DNA of 64,000 bases, from contig MU053881.1 of NCBI GenBank assembly GCA_013239625.1, positions 1,116,001 to 1,180,000 of the forward strand, given 5' to 3'. Position numbers and translations under genes: made by a program. The notes beneath the pieces are model-generated. The model ran no database searches. It was not told the DNA's origin and saw only the letters and a list, made by a program, of their open reading frames with translations. Positions 30,629-42,696 of the stretch are shown here, piece by piece (position 1 is the first letter of the stretch; the number at the start of each line of letters is the position of its first letter). The DNA comes from Lama guanicoe. Taxonomy: Eukaryota.

Positions 30629-31592
30629 GTAAGCCCCCTGCATGCCGCGGGCCTGGGGAGCCCGGGGCAGGTGGGGGGTGTTGGTCCAGGCAAATGCAGC
30701 GCTCCCCACAACTGGCTGAACTCAGCAACTGTGAACTTAAAGGAGGAGCTGAGCCCTCCCAGGCCTGGGCCGGGACCTTCCCTGGCAGGGAACAGAAGGA
30801 ACTGGCAGCGGCCAGGCTCACCTGTGGGCCAGTCCTAGTGAAGGATGGCGCGGACCCAGCCCACCCCTGCCTTCCCGGCACTCCCTTTGGTCTGGGGGAC
30901 AGAAACCAGATTCACAATGACTATACATCGGGGCTCAGGCCATGCCTGTGCAAGTAGTGGGGGGTGTCTGTGGGAGTGGGGTGTCTGTGGGAGTAGCAGG
31001 TGTCTGTGGGAGTAGGGGTACCCAACGCAGAGAAAAACCAGACGGCCGGCTCCGTGCAGGTGCCCTGCCAAGCGCTAGACGCACATCGTCCCTTTTGGTG
31101 CCCACAGCAGCTCAAGACGTAGCCCTGGCCCCGAGTCCCTTCTGCAGAGGAGTGGGTCGGGGGGTCAGGTGTGCCTGCCCTAGCCTGGGGCAGGGGGAAG
31201 GGGTCGACCCAGGACTCACCTGTTCCTGGTACTTCCCGAGCCAGCTGTCAGGATGCTGCTCAGCCCAGGAGCAGGGCGCAGCAGGGACCCAGGGGACAGT
31301 ACAGAGACAAGTAGGCGCTGGCGGGTCCTGAGGGTGGGGGTCGTTGCTGTAGCTGCTCCGTGGAGCTGAGACCTGGGGTGCTTGGGCTGAGGCAGGCAGG
31401 TTGTGCCCGGACAGGGTGTTTGGGGCCCGTCTGTCCCAAGGGAGACAGCGATTGCCACTCCGGGGAGGTGGGGTCCTCCTGGCACCTGCACCCCGGGACG
31501 CCAGGAGCTGCGGAGCCCTCCTGCCTGGGGTGGGGGGTCGGAGTCCTCAGCCTGCGGGCCCAGGAGCCACAGCCTCCTTTCTTCCCGCCCAG

Positions 31593-31682
31593 GAAACACC
31601 TCCGATCCCTCCAAGAAGAGCTACGTGGTTCAGTGGCTGTCGCGACCGGACCCCGACTCTCCAGCCCAGAAGACGTCGTCAA
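31593..31682 (+). CDS. ADAMTS2: ADAMTS2 exon 21, linker before the PLAC domain
   Basis: gcccag|GA, A|gtaacc (weak donor); [30 protein letters not shown]; phase 1 at both ends. Confidence 0.92.
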
Positions 31683-33241
31683 GTAACCGGCCCGTTTATA
31701 ACTCTGCCTTTGCCCTCCAGTGCATGCCCTGCGCCTTGTGGAGCTTGCCGTGGGCGCCCCTCCTCTCTTTCTATGGAAAACTCCCCTGACTCTTCCTGAG
31801 CGCTCTCTTGGTTGAATCTGTTTTCTCCGGGCCTCTGTGCTCGGCTGTCTCCTTCGGAGCCGCCTGGCCGCCTGGCCGCGAGGGCCAGCCTCACAGAGGC
31901 ACGCCCGGGGCGCCGGCCTCTTGCGGGGGCGCCAGGACCCGGTGATGGCTTGTAAAGGGGCAAAGATCTGTCGTGGTGCTGGAGGGGCCCGAGGCCAAAG
32001 TGCACATGTGACCGCTTGGTGACCGCCTCGCGGGGCCGCATCCTTCCAGGCTGGAACTGCGGGTCGGAAGTCGAGGGGGAGCCCGCCGGCCCCTCTCACA
32101 CGCAGCCTGCCAGCGAGGCGAGCCCGGAGGGGCCTCGGGCATGCGCGCTGCGCTGCCGTCCGGGCGCCCGGCCCGGTGCCGGCAGTGCGTCGGGGGCTCC
32201 CCGGCCGCCTCTGCTGCTGCTGCTGCAGCTGCCCCTGTGCTCAGTGTGTCCTCCTGACTCGTGCGCCTGCGGCCTGCTTCCTGTGGCCTTTGTGTCCAAC
32301 TCACACAGCCCTTGACCCCCCGCGCCCTGTCCCCTTGGGGGTTTGGGTCAAGCGGAGGAGGCGGGGAAGGTGTCCCTGCAGGGGACCTTGGGACGCACCG
32401 CCACTTCCTTCTCTGTCGGTTCGCTCTAATGGCCTTTGTCATCGTGTGCACACGACCCCATCCACGGGGTGAGAGAGTGAGAGTGAGAGGCTGTCTGATG
32501 TGGATGCGACCCCCCACCCGTGTGAACAACTACAGAATTACCTCAATTTTTATTGCTTTTTTGCTTAGATAAAACTATGTAGAAGATGCCTTAAAGTTGA
32601 AAGGTAACAGTTGGCGGCTAGCTCCAGCTTCCGAGGGGGGACGTGAGCCAGGCAGCGGGCAGGCAGTGCGGGTCGAGGGGGAGGTGGCCGGCTCACCCAC
32701 CTTTTGGCCCAGGGTCCGGTTTCCCGGCCCAGGCGGCCCAGGTCCGTGGTCCTCGGGGCCTGGCCCGCCGGCGCTGACTGTTGCTGGAGCCTCTCGGGGG
32801 CTGCCTTACACCAAAGGGCGACTGGCCCGGCCCTCGGCGTGACCGGTGTAGCACTCCGCCGGTCACCCCCGCGCCCTGCTCGCGGCACCCCCTGGACCGC
32901 GCCAGCCCTCCCGGCACTCGTTACTGTTATGTACATACTCGGTGCCCACACCAACTCTCACGACTGTTAACTCCCAACTTTGGCCGAGGCGATGCGAGGG
33001 GCACGGTGGCTCCGGGAAGGTGCGGCACGGCCCTGGCCTTGTGCTCTGTCTGTATGCACTTTGGTTCATCAGGGACGTCTTGTTAGTGTTTTGTTTGTAT
33101 TTAATGACGCAGCCTATAAGGTCCCACCGTCGTCGCTTCTCCGGTTTTTTTATGAGACAACGTTAGTGTGTGCCAAAGTGACTGTGAAAACGACCTTTTA
33201 CTCCTACTAACGGTGGGAGACTCCTTGTCATGCATCCGACA

Positions 33242-33253
33242 AATAAAAATAAA
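33242..33253 (+). terminator. Tandem AATAAA-AATAAA intronic polyadenylation signal (candidate)
   Basis: aAATAAAAATAAAcg followed by a G/T-rich tract, inside an otherwise very GC-rich intron. Confidence 0.55.
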
Positions 33254-34250
33254 CGTTCCGTGAAACTGGGTGCCTGGGTGTGGCAGGCTGCGGCCTCCTC
33301 GTCGTCACCTCCGCGGCCGACGGTGCCGGAGACAGAGGCTGTCGGGGCCGTTCTGTTACACTTCGCTCCTCGCTTTCCGCGTCAGTGACCGTCCTGCCGG
33401 CCCTCCTCCTGCCCGACACGGGTACCTAGGGCCCACCCGCACGGAGGCCCGCGCGCCGCCCCGGACACCGCGCTGCGATTTTGTGGTGTGACGGCTAGTG
33501 CTAGGCAAGCCCCTCGCGGGGACGCCTGGGCCCCCTCCTTGGACTAAGGTCTCACTGTTGGGCAAAGGGCCCCTGGGGAGCTTCTCTCCGACTTTGGGGT
33601 CCGTGCCTGTGGAGTGGGAATATGGGGTTGGTACCCGAGACGGGGTCCAGGTCACTGTGCCCCGAGCCACCCTCAGGCCACAGCTCTCAGCCCTGGGTTA
33701 CCTGTTCAGGGAGGGAGCGGTGCCTGTCTGGCCCAGGTAGGGGCTGGCCAGCCCTAGGGGAGTCTGGGTCGGGGAAGAGCAAGCTGGCGGTGGCTCTGGG
33801 CAGCCAACCTGCAACCTCCATGTCTCCCGAGGCCTGCCTTCAGAAGCCACGGGGCCTGTGTGTCCGCTCCCTTTATGGACGTGGACCACACACAGGTCAG
33901 CATCCAACAGGGACATCCAGATCTGGGGCCTGGGCCATGTCCTGCCAGGGAACCCCTCTCCCTCCCTTTCCTGTGAAGGAGTCCAGTGCTGGGAGGAGGG
34001 AGATCGTGAGACAGGACGATCCCCAGCGCCATGGAGACAGGCGTCGGGAGACAGGGCCAGGCCCCCAGTGGCAGCCTGCAGGTGGGAGTCCCAGGCGCCA
34101 TGGCTGGGTTCAGCCTGCCCCAAGCTCTGGGCATTGAGAGATTCCCAGCTCAAGAGACAGGAGACCCAGACAACTGCGTCCACTCAGTCTCTCTGCCCAG
34201 ACAGATCAGAAGGAATCCCCGCAGAAGGCTGCCCACCTAGAGCCGCGGGA

Positions 34251-34350
34251 GGGCCACCAACTGCCGGGGGACAGCCCGGTGCGTGGAGGGCGCCGTGGGC
34301 GGGCCACCAACTGCCGGGGGACAGCCCGGTGCGTGGAGGGCGCCGCGGGC
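34251..34350. repeat. Tandem duplication, 2 x 50 bp
   Basis: gggccaccaactgccgggggacagcccggtgcgtggagggcgccg(t/c)gggc twice, one mismatch. Confidence 0.95.
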
Positions 34351-35206
34351 GGGGGTGCCACCCATTTTCTTTAACTTGCCGCATGACCTTTTGAACACTG
34401 AAATGGTGATGAGGCTTGAAGTTTTCTCCATCCCATCCTTTCCCAAAGTTTCCGGGATGGAGGTGATTTCGTTTAGGTGGTACATAAAAGTGATCTGAGT
34501 TCCACTGAGCAGCCCCTTCCTTTATGCAAGCTTGGGACAAAGTCTCATTGGGCATCAGCTTTGACGTCTGCCTCCCACTGGCTCCTTTCCCTCCAGCTCA
34601 GAGCTTCGCAGACAGGAGGCTTTCCCTAGGATCTGAGAAATTAAACTTGACTCTCAAATTAAGGGGACTGCAAACTTTTCTGTGTATTCATGATTAGGGT
34701 CCCCTTTATTTATCTCACAAGTTTTCCATGAATAGCAGTAGTATGAAGTTTCCTTCTAAAATAAATTTTAAGTTAAGAAGGAGTTCATTTAAAGGAGGAA
34801 ACCACTCAGCAACTAATAGCACCAGCAGGATTCGGATTTGGCCAAGATTGTGGGAGTGGCACCCAAGTGACTTCAACTTACAAACAATGGGTTTCGTCTC
34901 CCCAGTTTGCTGTTCACTTGAAGGCGGTAGGTCCTGCTGGTTCGCGGCTGCTGGAAATGACTGAAGACCAATTATTAGAAAACCGAGGTGATCATTTTGC
35001 GAGAGATCCTTGGTCAGGCAGTGCCTCAGAGCAGGTGTGTTGCTCAGCCTTCTGGTATAATTTGCATCTCTCTCTGCTAATTCATACTACTGAAAGATAC
35101 ACAGCCTTTTAAGAGTGATTGGTAGCAATTATTTTGAAATTTTTTGAGGCTGATACTAGCATAGCCAAGCTCTTGGCCAGTGGCTTTCTCAATTATCTAT
35201 TCATCC

Positions 35207-35643
35207 TGGCGACTGAGGGGAAGGAAAAAAAAAAAACGCACAACCTAAAAGCTGAGAATTATGTTTTATTCGGCGGACATTCTCAGGACTTCAAGCCCGA
35301 GAGGCAGCCCTCAGGTCGCTCTAGGAGACCGCTCCACAGACGTAAAGGAGGAGCTGGGAAACAGGAGTTTTCACAACAAAGACCAGGCAGTCGGAACATC
35401 AAAAGATTGCTGTTAGTTAAAAAAAACAAAACCTGATATTGCAAGTTAAGGAATTCAGTGGCTTTTCTGTGCATGGGAAGAGGCAGGAGTCTGGGCTCAT
35501 TGGAGTCTTTCCTTTGATGCACTTAGCTCTCCAGGGCCCGCACCCTGCTCGTTCCCACCCTGAGCCTCCCCAGGGTGCACCATTGCGGGTGGCTGCAGTG
35601 TCCTTTGCTTACTGATCTGGCAGGCAGTATTTTTTCATTCACA
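35207..35643 (-). mobile_element. ERV1-type solo LTR (cetartiodactyl-like)
   Basis: TG...CA ends, flanks atcc/attc (4-bp TSD with one mismatch), gcacaacctaaaagctgagaattatgttttattc. Confidence 0.75.
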
Positions 35644-35884
35644 ATTCATTGACTTATTTTACTTTTTTAAAACATAAAGCAGTGCAGCCCACTGTTCACA
35701 GGAAATCAGACACGAAGTTCACTCTGTGAGCCGGGTGGAAGGGGTCCCTGGAGCAGGGGCGCGGCCCCGGGGCTGTGCTCTGCCTGCCTCCGGTCCCATT
35801 CATCCACGTGCTCGGCCACAGTTGCTGGGCACTCGCGATCTCAAGCTCTGATCCAGGACCTGGGGACACGCCTGCGCACCCGAC

Positions 35885-36082
35885 CAGAGGTGGGCAAACT
35901 TTTCCTCTAAAGGGCTAAATGTTTCAGGTGTTGAAGGTCATATATATGGTCTCTGTTCTGCCCTTGTCGCAGGAGGGCAGCCGTAGGTAATGAATGAATG
36001 GCCTGGCTGCTCCAACAGAACCTTATTTACAGAACCAGGTGGAGGGACCGACGTGTCCCATGGACGTAGCGGGCAGGCCCCT
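35885..36082. mobile_element. MER58A-like element
   Basis: ggcaaacttttc...aaaggg, ccttatttacagaaccaggtgg. Confidence 0.65.
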
Positions 36083-36809
36083 ACCCTAGATGTGATGCCT
36101 GCTTCTCAGGACCCCAGCCTGGCGGGAGACCTGTGAGGGGGTGCTTAATGCCAGTCTTGTCATCCATGTGGAGGAAGAGGCACAGGTGACGGGAGAAGGT
36201 GTCTGTGGGGCAGGGGCGGCCCGGGTCCAGCAGCCTGGCCGGGCCTGGCTCCTTGTCGAGGGCTGTGCCTCTGGCCTTCCCGCCCCAGCTGATGGCCAAA
36301 GCCTGCGGGGAAACGCTGCACCTGGCGTTGTCTAAGCCCCCTGGGGTCTGCCTGAGGGCCGTCAGGAGTGGTCTGCGCACACTCAGTGACTGCCGGGGGA
36401 GGGGCACCAGCTTCTAACGGGACTGCTCTGATGTCATCTGCCTCGGATATCGGACGTCTGTGTAAACTTTTATCCGTGGCTTTAAAACCCTGAAAGCCAC
36501 ATCTCAAGATCTTCCAGTATGATTTCTGGAATCAGCTCTCAACACACGTCCCTCTGCTTTAGCCCCCGACACGTGGGCCTGTTTCTCTGTCTCAAAGTTA
36601 GGAAGACCGGGGCTTTTCCTGAACAGCCGATCTGTGCTTACCTCTTCATGGCGCAGATCCTGCCTCTGGGCATGTTTCCTCCGTACTCTGGCCACTTAGA
36701 AGCTCCGAGCCAAGGTCCGGTCGCCCTCTGATGGTCCGTGCCTCCGCGTATTCTTCTGGCCGGGAGCGTTGCTATTCTAAAATCCATAATTTCCTTGTTT
36801 TGGACTTGC

Positions 36810-37700
36810 TCGGTCATTCACATTTGTCTTTTTTACATTGATACATTTATGCATTCTCTTGATTCACTGTTCTAGGCTCTGAGATAGAGGGGTGTCCAAA
36901 GACAGCTCAGGGCTCTGCCCTTGGTGTCTTTCAGGATAATGAAAAAGTCAAGCATTAGTCACCTTATCTGACAGTTAAATGTGCACTTGCCAACTGGGAT
37001 GGAGTGCTGGGAAGGGGAGACCCATGGTACCATGAGACCACATACTAGTGGGATTTAACCTCCAAGGGAGGTCTGGCGATGCTTGCCTGAGGAAGATGTG
37101 TTTCAGCCAAGCCTAGGGGATGAGAGAAGAGAGGACAGCTGGAGGAAGAGGGGAGGTGGAGTATGTGCAAAGGCCCTGTGGCCAGAGGGAGCACACTGCA
37201 GAGCAGGGTGATCGAGGCCTGAGTGAGGCTGGAGAGGTCAAGGGGACAGGTCCTCACCCTGAAAACAACCAGGGGCAATGCAAGGGCTTCAATCTGGACA
37301 GTGATGTGGTCACATCACCAGCCGAAGAACATCATTCTGACTGGAGCAGGCGAGGAGGAGGAGGAATGGAGATGGGTGGGCAGAAAGGAGGTTCTTACCA
37401 CATGCAGCAGAGAAGCAAGGCAGCTTGGCCTCATGGAGGCAGCAGAGAGGGGAACGTGGACACATCTGAGAGCACTGAGGGGGAAATACTAATGGACTTG
37501 GAGGTGACTGGTCAGGGGATGCCTGGGGTCCAGCTTGTGCATGTGAAAGGCCATTCTCTGAGATGGGTATTCCCAGCAGAGGCCATGGGCTTGGGCTGGA
37601 CATGTGGAGTCCACTTTGGGGACCACGGGGGTTGAAGGATGTTCAGGAGGCAGTTGTATCCAAGAGTCTGATGTTCCAGGAGTTTGAGGCTGGTCCAATT
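36810..37700. mobile_element. Degraded L2 fragments
   Basis: tgtgcaaaggccctgtgg, aggcagttgtat...gagtctg motifs; boundaries vague. Confidence 0.5.
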
Positions 37701-39190
37701 CAGTGAGTCTCCAGCCTGTAAGGGGAAATAACAAGCTGGAGCAATGCCGAGGGCATCAGAACCATTGGCCCAGAATGGGAGGGGGTCTGCTTGTCAGCTC
37801 TTGTAGGAAGTTTCAATGAGCCTGCATCACATCACATGTAGAGGTGGGAAGTGCCATGTGTCGGTGCAGAGTAACTGTGTCAGATGTGGTTCCCGTCAGT
37901 GGCTGCCCTGCCCTTCCCTCCTTCCTTCCCACCTTCCCTCTTCCCTTCCTTCCAGTAGGAGATGAGGTCAACCAGGGAGACTGAGGGGAAGGAGGGCACA
38001 GAAGAGGGTTACATGGGAGAAGTTTGAAATGTCCATTATCAAGAACGGAGAGTGGCTGAGCAGAGAGACATGGCTGGAGGGTGGAGCCCCCTGAGGTCAG
38101 TGATCAGGAAGCTGTCATGGATCCAGCATCCCCTGTCATATTGCGATATGGCTTATTTTATGTTGAACGAATTTTTGTAAATCATCCCAATGTTTGTGTT
38201 GGGTGTGAGATGAGGGGGTAGCAGAAAGGGAAGGGGGTGGAAATTTGGGAAGAAGAGAGTGAGAACAAGAGGTGTTGGTGAGTGGGATTAACACAGCTGC
38301 AGACAGAGCTGGAGCCAGACCCGGGGAAGCCGGCCGTGGGGAAAGAGACGGCCAGCAGTGGGCTCTGCAGGGAGCCCAGGCTTCCTGTGCCAGCTAGACC
38401 GTGGGTGACCAGGAGCGAGGTGGGGAGGATGTGCTGGGCAGATGGATTAGCCTCTGTGAAGGCAGCAAGTTCTGGAGCACTTTGTTCAGGAAGTGACCAG
38501 AAGCTGCATGTGGCAGGGCCGTGTGGTAGATGGACAAGTGGCAGGACGTGAGGCTGTCCGGTAAGTTGAGGCAAGTGGAAGAAATCCCAGACACATTTGG
38601 ATAATTTTCAATTTCTCTTTAGGCACTTTTCCAAAACAAAGATCATCTGGGGAGTTTGGGTGAGGATGGGAGCAAAATGTGGGGTGCAGTGAGGCCACAG
38701 CCGAGGCTCCGGGATTCGCCCTATCGGGTGTTAGGAATTGGTTCTCTTAGGTTTTGTTTTGTTATAGTTACTGTTACAGATGATTGTAGGGTCCAGCTGT
38801 GCCACAGAGTGTCATCAGGGTGACCACTGGGGTGTCCAGTGTGAAGATCTGACAAAGCCCCATTGTTTGGGATGACTTGGAATCACTCCTAAGAACAGAC
38901 AGGCTTCATTTCTGTCTCAAACTCCGAGAGATACTGAAAACTCTGGACTCAGCGGGGGCCTGCTTGGAGGAGGGGAGCATTGCTCACAGCTTGAGCGGCA
39001 GCACTCGGTGGCGGGGTCCCCAGATGCCGCCCCGCCCCAGGGCTGCTCTGCCATCTAAACCACACCGACTTCCTGCGCGAGCTCGCTTGCCTCTCCTGTC
39101 TCTGGGCTCTTCCAGCAAACTGCTCCCTGTGGGGGAACGAGGTCCCCCTTGTCTTGTCCTTTGGTTATTTGTCCCACTTTTCTCTTTCAG

Positions 39191-39657
39191 AGGGCCGCTG
39201 CCAAGGCGACAAGTCAATGTTCTGTAGGATGGAAGTCTTGTCTCGCTATTGCTCCATCCCAGGCTACAACAAGCTGTGCTGCAAGTCCTGCAACCTCCAC
39301 AACCTCACCGACGTGGACGACGGGGCAGAGGCGCCGCCCGGGAAGCACAACGACATCGACGTGGACGTCGAGGCGCTCGCGCCCACCCTCCCAGTGCCCA
39401 CCCTCATCGTGGAGGTGGAGCCTCCACCAGGCACACCCCTCGAGGTGCCCCTCAACGCCTCCAGCTCCAACGCCACCGAGGACCACCCGGAAACCAACGC
39501 TGTGGATGTGCCCTACAAAGTCCACGGCCTGGAGGACGAAGTCCAGCCACCCAACCTGATCCCCCGACGACCGAGCCCGTACGAAAAGACCAGAAACCAA
39601 AGAATCCAAGAGCTCATTGATGAGATGAGGAAGAGAGAGATGCTCGGAAAGTTCTAA
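39191..39657 (+). CDS. ADAMTS2: ADAMTS2 last coding exon 22, PLAC domain and C-terminal tail, stop TAA
   Basis: tttcag|[36 protein letters not shown]...[18 protein letters not shown]. Confidence 0.97.
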
Positions 39658-39799
39658 TAAAGTGGAAAGATAGCATCAATAGCATTTTTTTCCTTGCTTA
39701 TAGAGATATTCCATGGGATGGCAACTCCGGTGCTGTGGAGATGAAGTCAGAATTCCCGGTTCCAAAAGGCTTTGCGAAAACAAAGAGGGAGAATGTTAA

Positions 39800-39814
39800 A
39801 TATATATATATATG

Positions 39815-39845
<31 letters not shown>

Positions 39846-39846
39846 G
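39800..39846. repeat. Compound (TA)/(CA) microsatellite in ADAMTS2 3' UTR
   Basis: Direct reading. Confidence 0.9.
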
Positions 39847-42690
39847 TGGTTGTGAGCAGGTGGCACCTAGGTTGGTACGTGTGCTCCCCAGCCCTGGAGT
39901 GTTCTGAGTCCTGTACCGGGGCTGGGTGTGGGGTGAAGGGGAACACAGAGGTGCGACAGTGCCCGTCAGTGAGAGGAGGCAGGAGGGCTAGCTCAGAGAG
40001 AGAAGGCGCTTGCCCCGAGTTTCTGAGCAGTGGTTGGGGATCTCCCTTCCTTCGTGGTGACAACCCCTGCTGGAGACGAGGGAATTTCCAACCCGTCTCC
40101 AGACCGAGGTACAAGCCCCCTTGGGGACTCTTAGGAGAAACAGTGATGTATCTACTAAGTTAACCTGCCACTAAGATGAGCGCAGTGAAGTGGAGGCTGT
40201 GAGCCCCACCCAGGGCCTTGGAGGGCCGGGGTGAGTGTGACGGCCAGCGGGGGCCACGCCCCACCGTGAGAGCTGGCCCTTGCTGCCAGGCAGTGTGCTT
40301 TCTCAGTAGAAGGCTGGAAGTGTTCTTGTGAAAAGCCTCCATCTTAAAGATCAACTCAAAATACGTGACGGGTCTGGGCGCCTGCCGGGGTCTGAGCCAC
40401 CAGGCTGCAGCCTCCGGTCCCCAGGCGTGGCCGGGGGCGGTCTCGTGCACGAAGGACTTCAGGAACGCCATCCGATCCGTCTGGTGCTCTCGCGCTGCAT
40501 TTGAGTGTCTCAACCAAACCCGAGCTGTGAAGCTGCCCATTTCCTTCTGGGAAGGTGTCAGGAATGCCCTAACTGGGACTTGAGGATAGATGGAAACACG
40601 TTTTCTACTTGAGGAGAAGACAGCGGTGGGGCCGGCCACGCCTAGGCTCTCCCAGGTCCCCTCTTCACTAACCCTGGTCCTGCTTATCACCTCTGGCCGG
40701 TCTGGCCTCAGGCCCAGGGCTCCCCAAAGAGGCTCTCCCCTCCCCCAGGTGCACCGGAAGGATGAGGGAGGCATGCGTTCTGCTGGAGAGTCCAGTGAGG
40801 GGGCAAGGCCTGCAGCCCCCACTCTGGGGCAGGAGTGCTCCCAGCAGGGTGGGGCCTGTGGGGGCTCAGGTTTGCTCCTGAAGACCAGCTGCTTCGCTTG
40901 CAGGGCCCAGGCTTGCCAGCCCTGGGGAGTCCCCTCGAGTCCTGTCCCCACCTCCATCCCTTAGAAGTGCCAGCTGTGAACTGCCTGACTGGGCCTCCGA
41001 TGGGGGGGCCGAGGGTGGAGGTGGGGAGAGGCTGCTTTATCCTTTGCTCTTTCCAAACTTTAATAACTTCTATCTTTAGCATCATAGTGCTTTATGAGCC
41101 TGATGAGAATGAGAGAGAAATAGGAAGGGACTGGGGGGAGGGGGAATGGGAAGACAGTGGCTGATTTTTCACCTCTGCCTGCATTGATATGTCCTGAACA
41201 AGCAGCTTAAACTTGCCAAAATTGCAAGACCTGGGCACATTAGCTCCTTAGCGGGGGCCTCCCTAATTCTGAAGCTTTTCATGTTCAGGAAAGTTCTAGA
41301 GCTTTTGGATTCTCACCAGTCATAGATCTTAGAGAATTCTTTCTTGTTTCATTCCCCGTCCTGTGGAGGAGACTACCAAAGCTCAGGATAACACCCTGAT
41401 AGCTACTTCTTGTTGAGTTTTGAGGTGCTAAGTGCGTCTGTCTGCACCTGTGCGTGGGTGTCAGCATGCCTCTGCGCGTGGTCTAAGGGACAGAGTAAGG
41501 GTGCAGGAAACAGTGCAGGGACATCTGGGGCGCTGCTGGGATGATCACTCACCTCCCCGTCTCCCCGGCTCAGCCTGCCTCCCTCCTCTCTGCCGCCGTG
41601 TTCCCCACTTGCTCATGTGTGCCCCAGTGTCTCAGAGGACTTTGCTGGCTTCCAAGAACCAAACTGGAGAAATTTCTGAGTATCTCTCATGGTATCACTT
41701 CCTCAGCGAGATGCGGTGGGAAGCATTCCTGCAGCCCCATCTCTCCCCATTGGGAAATGGGTCCACGGCTTTCCCTCATTGGTTGAACTCACGGCAGCTG
41801 GTGCTACTTACGGGCGGAAGGGCTGGACCGTGCTTGCTAGGGTCCGTCCTAGAATGTCAAGGAAACTCCAGACCAACGTGACTCGGTTTACCCAGCCTGG
41901 GGGCCACAGGTTGGGAAGACTCCCTCCCCGGATTCCCACAAAGCCAGGCTGTGCGTCTTGGCAGCTGGAAGCCTTTGACGGGGGGCCCTAGGTGGGGCCC
42001 TCCCAGGGCTCTTCTTGTGCTGCAGGAAGAAAGGTGTCCTCTGGGAACTGTAGGTCAGTGTGGCCATGGCCGCACATGCCATACTCAGTGCCTTGGGCCA
42101 TATATCCACAGAGATCTGTAGGACCAGATGGTCCTCAGAGGTCTATCTAAGAAGGCAGTGCTCACCACTCTGAGACACTGCAAATCTCTGCTGAGCTTGA
42201 GGTAGCTGGAGAGCTGGCTTAGCAACAGGCCTGAGCTGCCAGCGGTGGCCGAGGGGCCCCTGCAGCCTGGGGGAGGCAGAGGACGTCTTGGGCGGAGGTT
42301 CCCTAACACCAGGTTGAGGCTCAGAGGTCCTCTCTGTCCGTGGCTCTGAAAGTCAGCCGAGGGGCCTGAGAGTCACTGCGTGTCTGTAGGAGACTTGTGC
42401 TGGAGTTTTGGGACCTGGCTTTCTGATCTACTCCTTTTGGAAAACCCATGGAATTTCACATATAAGCCTTTTGTGTGTACTTTGTTTTTTGTTTGTTTGT
42501 TTGGAGTATACAAATGGTGCTCAATAGCCAAGTCTTTATCAGATGAAGCATTATGACTATGCACTCCTGTCTGCCAGGCAGCCCCACACCATGGTGCTGA
42601 ACGCACATGACATTTTATCTTACTGATAACAGCAATCAACACACTTGTTTTTCTGTATACTCAAATTTGGCTTCTTGATTTTTATAACTT

Positions 42691-42696
42691 ATTAAA
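42691..42696 (+). terminator. Probable distal ADAMTS2 polyadenylation signal (ATTAAA)
   Basis: Hexamer in AT-rich context with downstream tgtgtgtttgtt. Confidence 0.6.

Noticed and set aside
31260..32529. 279-aa and 212-aa minus-strand ORFs in the CpG-rich intron
   Set aside because: Stop-poor GC-rich sequence with no domain signature or splice structure
34251..34350. CRISPR-like direct repeats
   Set aside because: Two adjacent copies with no spacers, in mammalian intronic DNA with no cas genes
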